Part shown: piece by piece, positions 45,006 to 55,174 of the stretch
How the letters are laid out: each line of letters begins with the position of its first letter
Numbering within the stretch: the first letter of the stretch is position 1
Assembly: GCA_005791875.1 (NCBI GenBank)
Contig: SXTU01000249.1
Location: forward strand, 380-64,379
Length of the DNA: 64,000 nt
Origin: Verrucomicrobiales bacterium
GTDB lineage: Bacteria > Verrucomicrobiota > Verrucomicrobiia > Limisphaerales > SXTU01
Direction of reading: 5' to 3'
Program-made: the position numbers and the translations under genes
The notes under the pieces: model-generated
The model's input: the letters and a program-made list of their open reading frames with translations, nothing else
Databases searched by the model: none
What the model was told of the DNA's origin: nothing

Positions 45006-45422
45006 TCACTCGCAACCGCAGCCGTGGTTGTTGCAACAGCCGCCGTCATTCATGTCCTCCACCGTCGGCACGCGGCCCAGCTCAAGCGTCTTCTGGATGT
45101 GCTTCATGATGCTGTCCTGAATCCGGGACACCTCCTGTTGCGCGTCCATGAACTCCGTGGCCACGGGGTTCTTCGTGAAGCTGTCGCGCAGAGCCTCGAA
45201 GCGGCCGATCTCCTCCTCGGTGATCTGCATCCCCTGCTGCTGCTTCTGCTGGAGCAGCGCGCCGGAGTCGTTGAGCATCTGGTATTCGTATTTCACCTTC
45301 TCGTCCGCCATGAAGGCGTCAATGCGGCGGCGCAGGTCGGAGAAGTCAGGACGCTCAAGGATGGCCTGGCAGAGTTCGCGGGTCTTTTCGTCCACGGCGG
45401 GAATTTGAACAGCGGTTTCCAT
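45006..45422 (-). CDS. YlbF/YmcA-family (Com_YlbF-like) regulator with Cys-rich C-terminal tail
   Basis: Start METAVQIP (cat 45420-45422). 138 aa, helical, with tail DGGCCNNHGCGCE analogous to the B. subtilis YlbF tail SSCGGGCGSGGSCGC. Confidence 0.6.
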   Translation of the reverse strand: METAVQIPAVDEKTRELCQAILERPDFSDLRRRIDAFMADEKVKYEYQMLNDSGALLQQKQQQGMQITEEEIGRFEALRDSFTKNPVATEFMDAQQEVSRIQDSIMKHIQKTLELGRVPTVEDMNDGGCCNNHGCGCE

Positions 45423-45578
45423 AATCTGGGTTTTGGCGGCCCGAGCTTCAGGCGCAGGCACAGCGCAAATTAGCAGCCAGCCAAAGCCGGGCCAGTTTTC
45501 TTTTCGTCGGTGCTGGAGGCTGCGCATCGGGATTTTGCCGGTTGACCGCACCCGGCGGCTTGGGCGTAACTCGGGGAA

Positions 45579-45977
45579 ATGCAAAGGTTCTCCATTGTTC
45601 TCCTCGCCGTCCTGCTCGCGGCTGGCTGTGCCGGCACCAAGAACTCGAAGGACGGAACCGCCAAGCCAGCCCCGAAGGAAAAATCCAAATCCGCCACGCC
45701 ACCGAAGCCGGCCAAGGCCCAGCCCAACCCCGGGCCTGTCATCGAGCCGGTGTCTGCGTTCTCCGGCAAGGTCGCGCTCGTCAACGCGCCGCTGCGATAC
45801 ATCGTGGTCGAGGGCACCATCGGGCGGCTGCCGCCGGTGGACCAGAAGCTCAACGTGTATCGCGACGGCCAGCGCGTCGGCGAAGCGGTCGTGTCCGGCC
45901 AGTCGCGCGGCGCGAACTTCGCGGCGGACATCACCCTAGGCGACGCGCGCGCGGGCGACACGGTGCGGAGTGACTGA
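45579..45977 (+). CDS. small lipoprotein of unknown function
   Basis: 132 aa. Lipobox LLAAGC, Lys/Pro-rich linker, C-terminal beta-rich domain. Confidence 0.65.
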   Translation: MQRFSIVLLAVLLAAGCAGTKNSKDGTAKPAPKEKSKSATPPKPAKAQPNPGPVIEPVSAFSGKVALVNAPLRYIVVEGTIGRLPPVDQKLNVYRDGQRVGEAVVSGQSRGANFAADITLGDARAGDTVRSD

Positions 45978-45979
45978 GC

Positions 45980-46009
45980 CGTAACGCGGACACTCCTGTC
46001 CGCCGCTAC
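45980..46009. repeat. REP family E copy, likely bidirectional terminator
   Basis: cgtaacgcggacactcctgtccgccgctac. Fills the 28-nt gap between convergent genes and includes the sulfatase stop (cta 46006-46008). Confidence 0.8.
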
Positions 46010-47919
46010 TGCGCCTTCTTCTTCCCCTTCTTCGCAGGAGCCTTTTCGCCGTCGGGCTTCGCGCCACCCAAGTCCGCCGCCAGATCAGCCAGCAGGCGCG
46101 GGACGTAGGAGTTGTAGCGGGCGTCGGGAGAAGCGCCTTTGTCGGGCAGTGCCTTGATCGCAGCCGCAGCGGACGGGGCCTTCGGGCCAAGTGCTCCAAG
46201 GGCGTTCAGCGCCGAGACTGACGCGAAGACGCCGCTCTTGCTCCAGTCCGCCTGCTCCACCAGCACCGGCAGCGCCTTGTCCAAGTCCGCCTTGTCCCCG
46301 AACTGCCCTAGCGCCTGCGCCGCCGGGATGCGGACGAAGGGCGACGCGTCCGCGAGCGCCTTCTGCAAGTCCGCGCGTGCCGTGGCGACGGCGTCCTTCC
46401 CGCGCATCAGCACGCCGAGCGCGGCCCAGTAGCGGACGGCGCTGTCGGAGTCAGCTAGCCGCTTGCGAAGCTCGGGAAGCGCGTCGGCCTTGAGGTTTGA
46501 GGCGAGGTCGGCGGTGGCGAAGATGCGGGCGATGGGAAACTTCGCGTCGTCGTGGCCCATCGTGTAGGGCGCGCCGCCGGCGGAGCGCGAATGGATTTCT
46601 CCCTCGGGCAGAAAGCCCACATCGCGGATTTTGGCGGCGAGGTCGGCTTGCGCTTTGCGGAACTTCGCGAGCACCTCCTGATGCTGCGGCAACGCGGCGA
46701 GGTTCTTCACTTCGTCAGGGTCAGTCGTGAGGTCGTAGAGTTCCTCGGGCGCTTTGGGCGCGCGCCAGAAGATGGATTGCGCGTCGGTGGCCTGGCCGGA
46801 CTTGAAGAGGTTGAACCAGACGCGCGTGGTCGGCGTCGCGAACTGATAGTCCACGTGCTGGCCTTGCGAGAGGTGCGGCATGAAGTTGCGGAGATAGACG
46901 TAGCGCCCGTCGCTCACGCTACGCACGCAGTCAATCCGCTCGTCCATGCGGCCACGGAAACCGAAGATGAACGGCTGCATCGGCGCGGTGAACTTCCCGG
47001 CAAAGGCATGGCCCTGCATCCACGCGGGCGGCTGGATGCCCGCGAGGCTTAGGACGGTGGGTGCGAAGTCCACGAAGCTGATGAGCCGGTCGCTCGCGCC
47101 GCCGGGCTTGTATTCGGACGGGGCGAGATGCTTCCACTTCGCCGGGAAGTGGACGACGACGGGGACTTGCAGGCCGGAGTTGCTGGGCCAGCGCTTGCTG
47201 CGAGGCATCCCGGAGCCGTGGTCCGCGTAGTAGAAGACGATGGTGTCGTCCGCGAGTCCGGCTTCGGTGAGCTCCTTCAAGTGCCGGCCTGCGTCGGCAT
47301 CCACCTCGGAGACCTTGTCGTAGTATTGCGCCCAGTCCTGGCGGACCTCCGGCGTGTCGGGATGGTAGGCCGGGACGCGGACCTTGGCGGGGTCGTGAAC
47401 GGCGGTGTGCGGACGCGTGCGAATCTGGCTCTCATGGCTCTTGGTGGAGTTGAAGATGGCGAAGAACGGCTGGCCGGCGGCGCGGTTCTTCCAGTGCGCC
47501 TTGCCGGATGACTCGTCCCAAACCTGGCCGGGCTTGGTGAGGTTGTAATCCTCCTTGGAGTTGTTCGAGCAATAGTAACCGGCCTCGCGAAGGAACTGCG
47601 GATACATCTTGAAGCCCGTCGGCAGCGACACCATGGACCTCATGTGTTCCGCGCCTGTGCTCGGCGGGTAAAGCCCGCTGATGAGTGTGGTGCGGGCGGG
47701 CGCGCAGACCGGCGCGCCGGACCACGCGCGGCGGAAGAGCATCCCGCGCGCAGCGAGGGCGTCCACGTTCGGCGTCGTGGCAAACTTGTCGCCGTAGCAG
47801 CCCATGTTCGGACTGTGGTCCTCGCTGGTGATCCAGAGGATGTTCGGCCGGTCGGCGGCGCTGAGAGCTGAAAGCTGAAAGCTGAAAGCTGCCAGCGCGA
47901 GGAGCAGTCGGAGTTTCAT
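46006..47919 (-). CDS. sulfatase (formylglycine-dependent) fused to C-terminal HEAT repeats
   Basis: Start MKLRLLLALAAF (cat 47917-47919). PNILWITSEDH and CAPARTTLISG (CxPxR). C-terminal approx. 170 aa are HEAT/PBS-lyase-like (AVRYWAALGV, FVRIPAAQALG). Confidence 0.88.
   Translation of the reverse strand: MKLRLLLALAAFSFQLSALSAADRPNILWITSEDHSPNMGCYGDKFATTPNVDALAARGMLFRRAWSGAPVCAPARTTLISGLYPPSTGAEHMRSMVSLPTGFKMYPQFLREAGYYCSNNSKEDYNLTKPGQVWDESSGKAHWKNRAAGQPFFAIFNSTKSHESQIRTRPHTAVHDPAKVRVPAYHPDTPEVRQDWAQYYDKVSEVDADAGRHLKELTEAGLADDTIVFYYADHGSGMPRSKRWPSNSGLQVPVVVHFPAKWKHLAPSEYKPGGASDRLISFVDFAPTVLSLAGIQPPAWMQGHAFAGKFTAPMQPFIFGFRGRMDERIDCVRSVSDGRYVYLRNFMPHLSQGQHVDYQFATPTTRVWFNLFKSGQATDAQSIFWRAPKAPEELYDLTTDPDEVKNLAALPQHQEVLAKFRKAQADLAAKIRDVGFLPEGEIHSRSAGGAPYTMGHDDAKFPIARIFATADLASNLKADALPELRKRLADSDSAVRYWAALGVLMRGKDAVATARADLQKALADASPFVRIPAAQALGQFGDKADLDKALPVLVEQADWSKSGVFASVSALNALGALGPKAPSAAAAIKALPDKGASPDARYNSYVPRLLADLAADLGGAKPDGEKAPAKKGKKKAQ
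47860..47894. repeat. heptamer tandem array (GCTGAAA x3 perfect + 2 degenerate) inside the sulfatase signal peptide
   Basis: gctgaga gctgaaa gctgaaa gctgaaa gctgcca. Encodes FSFQLSALSA of the signal peptide. Confidence 0.9.
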
Positions 47920-48054
47920 GGGGCGAAGGATGCGAAAGGCGACGGGGAAGTTACAAGCCTCTTGGCTCGCACGCGGGCGCTGGTCCGCTTGACACGGTTG
48001 TGTCACCGCCGGACAGTGGCTTGCGCACCAGCCAAAACGTCATCCACCATTGCC

Positions 48055-48525
48055 ATGAGTCAAGAGAAACCAGTCTTTCGCGGGAGTTCGTCGCAGATGC
48101 TCAACCTCGCCCACTTCGCCGGGGCGATTGTGCTGGGCGCGGTGGTGATCCTGGCCAGCGCCAAGTTCGGCGGCTGGCTCGCGGCTCTCGTGGCGATGCC
48201 TCTGGCGTATGCCGGCTGGTGCTGGTGGCTGGTCGCGAGCCGCGTGTATGAGATCACCACCGAGCGCATCAAGGTCACGACCGGCCTGGTGAACAAACAC
48301 ACGGACGACCTTGAACTCTACCGCGTGAAGGACACGGTGCTGGAGGAGCCGGTGCTGCTGCGTCTCGCGGGCGCGGGCAACATCGTGCTGACCACGAGCG
48401 ACACGACGACGCCGAGCCTGGTGCTCGAAGGAATCACCGGCGCGAAGGAATTGCGGGAGGAGCTGCGCAAGCACATCGAGGCCTGCCGCGACCGGAAGCG
48501 GACACGGCTGACGGAGTTGGAATGA
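48055..48525 (+). CDS. bacterial PH domain (bPH_2 / YdbS-YdbT-like) membrane protein
   Basis: Start MSQEKPVFRG (ATG 48055). Two TM helices, then YEITTERIKVTTGLVNKHTDDLELYRVKD, typical of PF03703. Confidence 0.75.
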   Translation: MSQEKPVFRGSSSQMLNLAHFAGAIVLGAVVILASAKFGGWLAALVAMPLAYAGWCWWLVASRVYEITTERIKVTTGLVNKHTDDLELYRVKDTVLEEPVLLRLAGAGNIVLTTSDTTTPSLVLEGITGAKELREELRKHIEACRDRKRTRLTELE

Positions 48526-48579
48526 GCGACGGCGTGCCGACTGCTCTGGAAGGCGCGGCCGCGAGGAGAATTTCGCCGG

Positions 48580-48607
48580 GTTCGGGGACAGGAGTGTCCC
48601 CGTCACG
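48580..48607. repeat. REP family E copy
   Basis: gttcggggacaggagtgtccccgtcacg, 8 nt from the GspE stop (48615). Confidence 0.8.
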
Positions 48608-48614
48608 CCAAGCT

Positions 48615-49832
48615 TCAAATCTGGTCCGATGCCACCTTGCGCGTGACCTCTTCCAGCGTGGTCTCGCCGGCGAGCGCGCGGGCGAGGCCGTTTTGCCAGA
48701 GCGTCCTCATGCCCTGCTCGGCGGCGATCTGCTGGATGACTCTCGTGGGCTTCTTCTCCATGACCGCGTCGCGGACAGGCTCGCCGACCATGAGCAGCTC
48801 GGTGATGGAGAATCGGCCGTTGTAGCCGGTGTCCTTGCATTCGGGGCAGCCGGAGCCTTTGCGGAACGAGGCGTTGTCAATTTCGTCCTGTGTGAGGAGC
48901 TTGAGCAGCGCCGGTTCCGGCTCGTAGGGGATCGCGCAGAAGGAGCAGTTCGCCCGGACGAGCCGCACGCCCATGACACCAAGGATGCTCGACGCGAGCA
49001 GGAACGGCTCGATGCCCATGTTGATCAAGCGCGCGAAGACGCCAGCCGTCGTGCCGCTGTGGACGGTGCTGATGACCAGGTGCCCGGTGAGGCCGGCCTG
49101 CACGGCGATGCCCGCCGTCTCCGGGTCTCGAATCTCGCCGACCATGATGATCTGCGGGTCCTGCCGCATGAGCGAGCGCAGCGCCCCGGCGAAGGTGAAG
49201 TCCATCGCCGGGTTCAACTGCGCTTGGCTGACGGTCGGGATGGGCACCTCGACTGGGTCCTCGACGGACGCGATGCTGACGGCGGTGCCATGCTTGCCGA
49301 GCAGGTAGTGCAGCGCGCAATAAATGGCGGTGGTTTTGCCGGAGCCGGTCGGACCGGTGAGCAGGATGAGGCCGTTGGGCTTGTTAACGAGCTGGATGAA
49401 CTTCTCCTTGGTCTCCGGGTCCAGCCCCAGCTTGTCGATGTCGAAGGAGCGCGAAGTTGGGTCGAAGATACGGCAGACGACCTTCTCGCCCAGCACAGTG
49501 GGAAAGATGGAGACGCGGAGCTGCACGTTGCCGAACTCGGGGCCCATGTTGACCTTTCCGTCCTGCGGCACGCCGCTGAGATGCGAGGCGAGGCTGGCCA
49601 TGACCTTGAAGCGGCCGGCGATCCTCTCCCTCAGCTCGCTGGGCAGGTGAACCATCTCGATGAGCTGGCCGGTAACGCGGATGCGCACGGCCATGGACTC
49701 CTGCCACGGCTCGAAGTGGATGTCGCTCGCGCCGGACTGCACGGCGTCGTGGACGATGTAGTCCACGAGCGTGCTGATGTCGGCTTCAATCACCGAGCGG
49801 AGGGACTGGAGGTAGGTGGCGGTGTGGCTCAT
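48615..49832 (-). CDS. GspE/PulE/PilB-family secretion ATPase (short form)
   Basis: Start MSHTATYLQ (cat 49830-49832). 405 aa. ASDIHFEP, Walker A LLTGPTGSGKTT, MVGEIRD, tetracysteine CSFC...CPEC. No GspF/PilC or secretin gene is in the window. Confidence 0.88.
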   Translation of the reverse strand: MSHTATYLQSLRSVIEADISTLVDYIVHDAVQSGASDIHFEPWQESMAVRIRVTGQLIEMVHLPSELRERIAGRFKVMASLASHLSGVPQDGKVNMGPEFGNVQLRVSIFPTVLGEKVVCRIFDPTSRSFDIDKLGLDPETKEKFIQLVNKPNGLILLTGPTGSGKTTAIYCALHYLLGKHGTAVSIASVEDPVEVPIPTVSQAQLNPAMDFTFAGALRSLMRQDPQIIMVGEIRDPETAGIAVQAGLTGHLVISTVHSGTTAGVFARLINMGIEPFLLASSILGVMGVRLVRANCSFCAIPYEPEPALLKLLTQDEIDNASFRKGSGCPECKDTGYNGRFSITELLMVGEPVRDAVMEKKPTRVIQQIAAEQGMRTLWQNGLARALAGETTLEEVTRKVASDQI

Positions 49833-49898
49833 GGCGGACGCGGTTGAGTGTGGCGACGTTTTACGGAACAGCACCGGGCGTGGCGAGCAAGAATGACG

Positions 49899-49972
49899 CG
49901 TAAGGGGGACACTTTTGTCCCCAAGCACGGTAGCAATGACTGCGGCTCGGGGACAGGAGTGTCCCCCTCACG
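49899..49972. repeat. REP family E doublet
   Basis: cgtaagggggacacttttgtccccaag and ctcggggacaggagtgtccccctcacg, 6 nt from the stop of 49979..52009. Confidence 0.85.
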
Positions 49973-49978
49973 CGGCGC

Positions 49979-52009
49979 TCATTTCGTCCCGCCGGGAATC
50001 ACTTCCCACCGCTCGCCGAAGAAGCCGGCGGTGGCGATGCCGCCGGGGAAGCGCGAGCTGACCGGGATGTTCAGGTCAATGATCGCGTAGTCCGGCAGCT
50101 TGGGCACCTGGCGCGCGTTGTTGAGGTAGTCGTATTCGCGGAAGGTGAAACCGCTGTTGAGCACGACGTATTTCTTCGGGTTGAGCGGGTTCGGATAGAT
50201 CATCACCGGCACGTGCTCGCTGGCCGGGAAGGACTGCGCGCCGGCGCGGACGGTTTGCGCGTCCCAACGGAGCGGCAGGCGGTCGAGGATGCGCGCGAGG
50301 AGTTTGTTGCTCGCGGGGTCACCCCAGAGGACGAGGTTGTGCGCGGCGATGTCGGCGTCGGTGATGGCGATGTCGTCCTTCATGCGCGCGTCGCCGCGAA
50401 ACTGCCTGCGCCAGTGCTCCACGGCGTGCTTCATCTCGGTGTCGGCCCACTTGCCCACGCGCGCGTTCAACGGCTGGCCGGTCGGGCGCACCATGAGAAA
50501 GCTGTCGAGGAACGCGTCGTCAATCGGGCCTTGCAGGCCGTGGCGTTTGCGCAGCGAGGCTTCGTCTGCGAACGCGGCGATGGACCACTTGCCCGCGAGC
50601 TTGCGGAAGTGGGCCGTCCACGACTTGTCGGTTTCGACCAGCGGCGCGTCGAGCTTCTGGTTGTCGAGCATCACGCGCGGCGCGCTGCCCTGCACGAGCT
50701 GGCACGAGCCGGCGGGGAAGAGCAGCGAGAGCGCGGAGACGTTCGCCGTCTTGAGGCGCACCGCGTTCTCGGACAAGTCCACCGTCGCGTCCACGCGGGC
50801 GCGGCTCCAGTGCTCTTCGAGGCCGTCGAGGCGGACCCAGTGCGACTGGTTGTAGCGCAGCGTCCATGTGGTGAAGCGCACCTTGTCCGGCGCAGGGTCC
50901 TTGCCCAGCGCGACGATGGCGTCTATGCGGCGGTTGATCTCGACCAGCGAGTCCTTGTGGTAGCTGTGGCCTGTCTTGTCCGGCCCGATGATGTGCGTGA
51001 GGCTCATGTTCTCGGCGGCGAGCGCCTTGGCCATGATGTCGGCGGCCTGCTTCTGCGAGTCGACCTCGCCGCTGTAGGCGACGGTCGGGAGGTTGAAGAG
51101 GTTCACCGCGTAGTCCGTGCAGTCATACATGTGCCAGAGCTTGCGCTCGAACCACGTGGGCTTGAGATCCTCCTTCTGGAACACCTTCAGGAAGTCCGGT
51201 GTCTCGCTGAAGCCCGCACCCGGCGCGGCCGCCGCCCAGACGCCGGGATAGTGGACAGCGAACTGCCACGCCGCTGCGCCGCCCATCGAGAAGCCGCGCA
51301 CCACGAGTCGGCGGTCGTCAACCGGGTAATACTTCTTCGCGTGCGCGAGCGCCTCGAAGAGGTCCACCTCGCCGGCGAGTTTGTTCGCGTTGCAGTAGCG
51401 GCCGTAGAGATGCAGCACGAGCGCGCCGGGCGGGACGAACTGGCCGGGGGACTTTTGCCGCCCGTCCACGAAGGACATCTCCGTGAGCTTCTCGCCGCGG
51501 CCATGCGCCCAGAAGTCCAAGCGCAGCGGCGCGCCGCCGGGCGCGAAGTTCGGCGGAACGACGAGGCCGTAGGGTTGGATCGAGCCGTCAATCTTCGACT
51601 GATACGCGCGCACCACGAGGCCGGTCTGCGCGAGCCACGGGGCCTTGCCGTCGCGGAGCGCCTGCGCGCGTTCGCCGCCGCGCTTGAGCAGGTCGCGCGC
51701 GGTGGCGACTTCGTTGGTCGTGTAGAACTCGTCGTGCCGCAGCGCCCAGTCCACGGCCTTGTGGTAAATCTGCACGTCCGGCAGCAGGTCGAGTAGCGCG
51801 GCCTTGCCCTTGAGCGCGGAGCGGAGCGAATCAATCTCCTTCGCGAGCGCGTCAGCTCCGGTCTGAAGTTCCGTGCGGGCGGCGGGGGCGATTTGAATTC
51901 CCTCCGGCGGCACGCGGCGGACTACGTCGAACTTGTTGTCAGCCGGGCCGTCGGCAAGTGCGGTGAAGGTGAGCGCGAAAAGCGCGGCGAGGTGGAGCGA
52001 AGTCTTCAT
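49979..52009 (-). CDS. secreted alpha/beta hydrolase, prolyl-oligopeptidase (S9)-like
   Basis: Start MKTSLHLAALFALTFTALA (cat 52007-52009). 676 aa. Nucleophile elbow GFSMGG. Confidence 0.75.
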   Translation of the reverse strand: MKTSLHLAALFALTFTALADGPADNKFDVVRRVPPEGIQIAPAARTELQTGADALAKEIDSLRSALKGKAALLDLLPDVQIYHKAVDWALRHDEFYTTNEVATARDLLKRGGERAQALRDGKAPWLAQTGLVVRAYQSKIDGSIQPYGLVVPPNFAPGGAPLRLDFWAHGRGEKLTEMSFVDGRQKSPGQFVPPGALVLHLYGRYCNANKLAGEVDLFEALAHAKKYYPVDDRRLVVRGFSMGGAAAWQFAVHYPGVWAAAAPGAGFSETPDFLKVFQKEDLKPTWFERKLWHMYDCTDYAVNLFNLPTVAYSGEVDSQKQAADIMAKALAAENMSLTHIIGPDKTGHSYHKDSLVEINRRIDAIVALGKDPAPDKVRFTTWTLRYNQSHWVRLDGLEEHWSRARVDATVDLSENAVRLKTANVSALSLLFPAGSCQLVQGSAPRVMLDNQKLDAPLVETDKSWTAHFRKLAGKWSIAAFADEASLRKRHGLQGPIDDAFLDSFLMVRPTGQPLNARVGKWADTEMKHAVEHWRRQFRGDARMKDDIAITDADIAAHNLVLWGDPASNKLLARILDRLPLRWDAQTVRAGAQSFPASEHVPVMIYPNPLNPKKYVVLNSGFTFREYDYLNNARQVPKLPDYAIIDLNIPVSSRFPGGIATAGFFGERWEVIPGGTK

Positions 52010-52060
52010 GCGGATGGACAGACGATAACAATCGCGCGGCCGACGCAAAGTCTTTTGCTC

Positions 52061-52138
52061 GGTAACGGGGACACTTCTGTCCCCGTGCCGGAGAATTCGG
52101 AAGGCACCCGACTGCGGGACAGGAGTGTCCCGCTTACG
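52061..52138. repeat. REP family E doublet
   Basis: ggtaacggggacacttctgtccccgtg and ctgcgggacaggagtgtcccgcttacg. The second copy contains the purL stop (tta 52134-52136). Confidence 0.85.
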
Positions 52139-54479
52139 CCATCGCGCGGGCGATGGCATTCCACCACGCGTCGTGCAGCTCGGCCACGGGTGCGGTGAAC
52201 TCGCTGCCCGCCGTCTTCACGGACAGCGCTTCGCCGCCCACGGTGCCGATGCGCGCAGCGGGCACGCCCATGAGCTTCGCGCGCTCGATGACCTTGGTCG
52301 CGTCGAGAGGCTTGCAGGTGATAATGACGCGGCTTTGCGTCTCGCCGAAAAGCAACGCGTCGAGGCGAGTGTCCGTGAAGGCGGACAAATCCACCGTCGC
52401 GCCGATTAGCCGGGGCGTTTCGCGCGCGATCTGCTGGGTGATGCAGCTCTCCGCAACGCACACGGCCAAACCGCCTTCGCTGCAATCGTGCGCGCTCTTC
52501 ACCGAGCCGGTGTAAATCAAGCCGAGCAAGGTCGCGTGCAGCGTCTGCGCCACTTGCAAGTCCACGCGCGGCGGGAGGCCGGTCTTCTTGCCGTGCAACG
52601 TCTGGAGACACGCGCTGCCGCCGAGGCCTTGCAGCGGGTCCGCCGTGTCCACGGGCGCGCCGAGCAGGATGATCGCGTCGCCCGCGTCCTTGAACCACGA
52701 GGTCGTGATGTGCTCGGGCTTCTCGATGAGGCCGACGACGGCGACCGTAGGCGTGGGGTCAATCGCGCCGAGCGCTCCGCGCTGGTTGTAGAGCGAGACG
52801 TTGCCGCCGGTGACGGGGGCATTGAACGCGCGGCAACCTTCAGCGAGGCCGCGCACGGATTCTTTGAGCTGCCAGAAAATTTCCGGGTAGTGCGGGTTGC
52901 CGAAGTTGAGGTTGTCCGTTGCGCCGAGCGGTGCAGCACCGGCGCACGCGAGGTTGCGGCAGGCTTCCGCGATGGCGGCTTTCCCGCCTTCGTAGGGGTC
53001 GAGATAGACGTAGCCGCCGTTACAATCGCAGGTGAAAGCGACGTATTTATCCGGCATCGCTAGTGGGGCAGGCGTCCCGGCTGCCCCACTATGCTTCGCC
53101 GCATACTCCGCCTTCGTGATGGGCAGGCTGTCGCCCTTGATGCGGATGACCGCCGCGTCGCTGCCGGGGCAGACCACGGAGCCGTCGCGGACCATGTGGT
53201 CGTATTGGCGATAGACCCAGTTCTTCGAGGCAATGGAGTGGTTGGCGAGGAGCTTCTTCAAGTCGCCCGCCGCATCCTTTGTGTCGGCGACGCCGTCGAG
53301 GCGGAACGCGCGCACGCCTTCCATGTAAGCCGCTTCCTTCGACTCACGCTGATAGACCGGCGCTTCCTCGGTGAGCTTCTTGGCCGGAACGTCCACAACG
53401 ATCTTGCCGCCGTGGCGCACGACCATCTGGCCCGTGTCCGTCACGACGCCGATTTCCGCCCACGGCAAATCCCACTTGTCGAAAATCTTCTTCACCTCTT
53501 CCTCCCGGCCCTTGTGGACGACGATGAGCATCCGTTCCTGCGACTCGGACAACATGATTTCGTAGCTGCTCATGTTCGGGGCGCGCTGCGGCACCTTGTC
53601 CAACTCGATCTCGATGCCCGTTCCGGCGCGCGCCGCCGTCTCGCACGTCGAGCAGGTCAGGCCCGCCGCGCCCATGTCCTGCATGCCGGCCACGCAGCCG
53701 GTGGCGAGCAGTTCGAGGCACGCCTCGCAGACGAGCTTCTCCATGAACGGGTCGCCCACCTGCACCGCGCCACGCTGTTGCTCGGCGGATTCCTCGGTCA
53801 AGTCCTGCGAGGCAAACGCCGCGCCCGCGAGCCCATCGCGACCCGTCGCGGGGCCGACGTAGAAGACTGGATTGCCGATGCCGTGCGCCGCGCCGCGCGT
53901 GATCTGGTCGTGACGCAGCACGCCGAGGCAGAAGGCGTTGACGAGCGGATTGCCCTCGTAGCTTTTATCGAAGTAGACCTCGCCCGCGATGGTCGGGATG
54001 CCGAAGCAATTGCCGTAGTGCGAAATGCCGCTGACCACGCCGGAGAAAAGATGGCGCACGTCCGGGTTGGACAACTCGCCGAAGCGCAGCGAGTTCAGTG
54101 CCGCGACGGGCCGCGCGCCCATCGTGAAGATGTCGCGGATGATGCCGCCGACGCCCGTGGCTGCGCCCTGGAACGGCTCGACCGCGCTGGGATGGTTGTG
54201 CGACTCGATCTTAAACGCGATGGCGATGCCGTCGCCCACGTCAATGATGCCGGCGTTCTCCTCGCCTGCACCGACGAGAATGTTCGCGGCCTTGGTGGGG
54301 AAACCTTTCAGCACGAGCCGCGTGTTCTTGTAGGAACAGTGCTCGCTCCACATGACCGAGAAGATGCCCAGCTCAGTGTAGCTGGGCGTGCGGCCGAGGA
54401 TTTCGAGCACCTTTTGGTATTCGTCGGGCGTGAGGTTGTGCTTGGCGACAAGCTCCGGGGTGATGGCGGGTTCGGTCAT
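52134..54479 (-). CDS. purL: phosphoribosylformylglycinamidine synthase subunit PurL
   Basis: 781 aa. [18 protein letters not shown] and DCNGGYV blocks, and overall PurL architecture. Confidence 0.93.
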   Translation of the reverse strand: MTEPAITPELVAKHNLTPDEYQKVLEILGRTPSYTELGIFSVMWSEHCSYKNTRLVLKGFPTKAANILVGAGEENAGIIDVGDGIAIAFKIESHNHPSAVEPFQGAATGVGGIIRDIFTMGARPVAALNSLRFGELSNPDVRHLFSGVVSGISHYGNCFGIPTIAGEVYFDKSYEGNPLVNAFCLGVLRHDQITRGAAHGIGNPVFYVGPATGRDGLAGAAFASQDLTEESAEQQRGAVQVGDPFMEKLVCEACLELLATGCVAGMQDMGAAGLTCSTCETAARAGTGIEIELDKVPQRAPNMSSYEIMLSESQERMLIVVHKGREEEVKKIFDKWDLPWAEIGVVTDTGQMVVRHGGKIVVDVPAKKLTEEAPVYQRESKEAAYMEGVRAFRLDGVADTKDAAGDLKKLLANHSIASKNWVYRQYDHMVRDGSVVCPGSDAAVIRIKGDSLPITKAEYAAKHSGAAGTPAPLAMPDKYVAFTCDCNGGYVYLDPYEGGKAAIAEACRNLACAGAAPLGATDNLNFGNPHYPEIFWQLKESVRGLAEGCRAFNAPVTGGNVSLYNQRGALGAIDPTPTVAVVGLIEKPEHITTSWFKDAGDAIILLGAPVDTADPLQGLGGSACLQTLHGKKTGLPPRVDLQVAQTLHATLLGLIYTGSVKSAHDCSEGGLAVCVAESCITQQIARETPRLIGATVDLSAFTDTRLDALLFGETQSRVIITCKPLDATKVIERAKLMGVPAARIGTVGGEALSVKTAGSEFTAPVAELHDAWWNAIARAMA

Positions 54480-54587
54480 CGGGCGTCAGGTAAGCTGGGT
54501 CAAAAGAGATTCAAAAAGCGCGCCGAGAATGGGCAGTCGCGCCGGGGGCGGCAAGCAAATCGCTAGCGGGTCATCATAGCAAAGGGT

Positions 54588-54615
54588 TTGACTTGGATTT
54601 CGCCCTGACAATAAT
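54588..54615 (+). promoter_or_regulatory. candidate sigma-70-type promoter for the FHA gene
   Basis: TTGACT (54588-54593), 16-nt spacer, AATAAT (54610-54615), 20 nt before ATG 54636. Pattern match only. Confidence 0.3.
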
Positions 54616-54635
54616 GCCCTTAAACCGACCAACGT

Positions 54636-55154
54636 ATGCCGAGACTAGTCTTACTAACCGAAGGATTCACCGGGCGCTCCTTCGAGTTGAAGGCCGAACG
54701 CTCCACGGTCGGTCGGTTGGAGGACAACGCTTTCCAGATCCCGGCACCTTCGATCTCCGGCCACCATTGCGAGATTCTCCTCAAGGGCAACGATGTCGTG
54801 GTGAAGGACCTCGATTCGACAAACGGCACCTTCATCAATGGCGAGCAGGTCACCGAGGCCACGCTGCCGGTCGGGCATACCGTCCGGTTCGGGTCCGTCG
54901 AGGCGCGCTTGGAAGCCTCCGCTCCCACAGGCGCTTCAGGGAAAAAGATTTTGGACAAGACCGCCGTCCTGCCGCAGGGCGTGAAGATGAACGACCTGGA
55001 ACAGGGCACGCAGAAGATCACCACCTTCGACAAGAACTCGCCCTTCAAGAAGAAGAGCAACAAGACCACGCTGATTTTCATCATCGTGGGCGTGGTGATC
55101 GCCTTGGCCATCATTGGCACGCTGGTCTTCGTCTTCTTGGGCGGGGACAAGTAG
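54636..55154 (+). CDS. FHA domain protein with C-terminal TM anchor
   Basis: 172 aa. FHA core STVGRLEDNAFQIPAPSISGHHCEI...DLDSTNGTFINGEQV. C-terminal helix LIFIIVGVVIALAIIGTLVFVFLG. Confidence 0.85.
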   Translation: MPRLVLLTEGFTGRSFELKAERSTVGRLEDNAFQIPAPSISGHHCEILLKGNDVVVKDLDSTNGTFINGEQVTEATLPVGHTVRFGSVEARLEASAPTGASGKKILDKTAVLPQGVKMNDLEQGTQKITTFDKNSPFKKKSNKTTLIFIIVGVVIALAIIGTLVFVFLGGDK

Positions 55155-55174
55155 TCTGTCGCCCACCGGACGGT

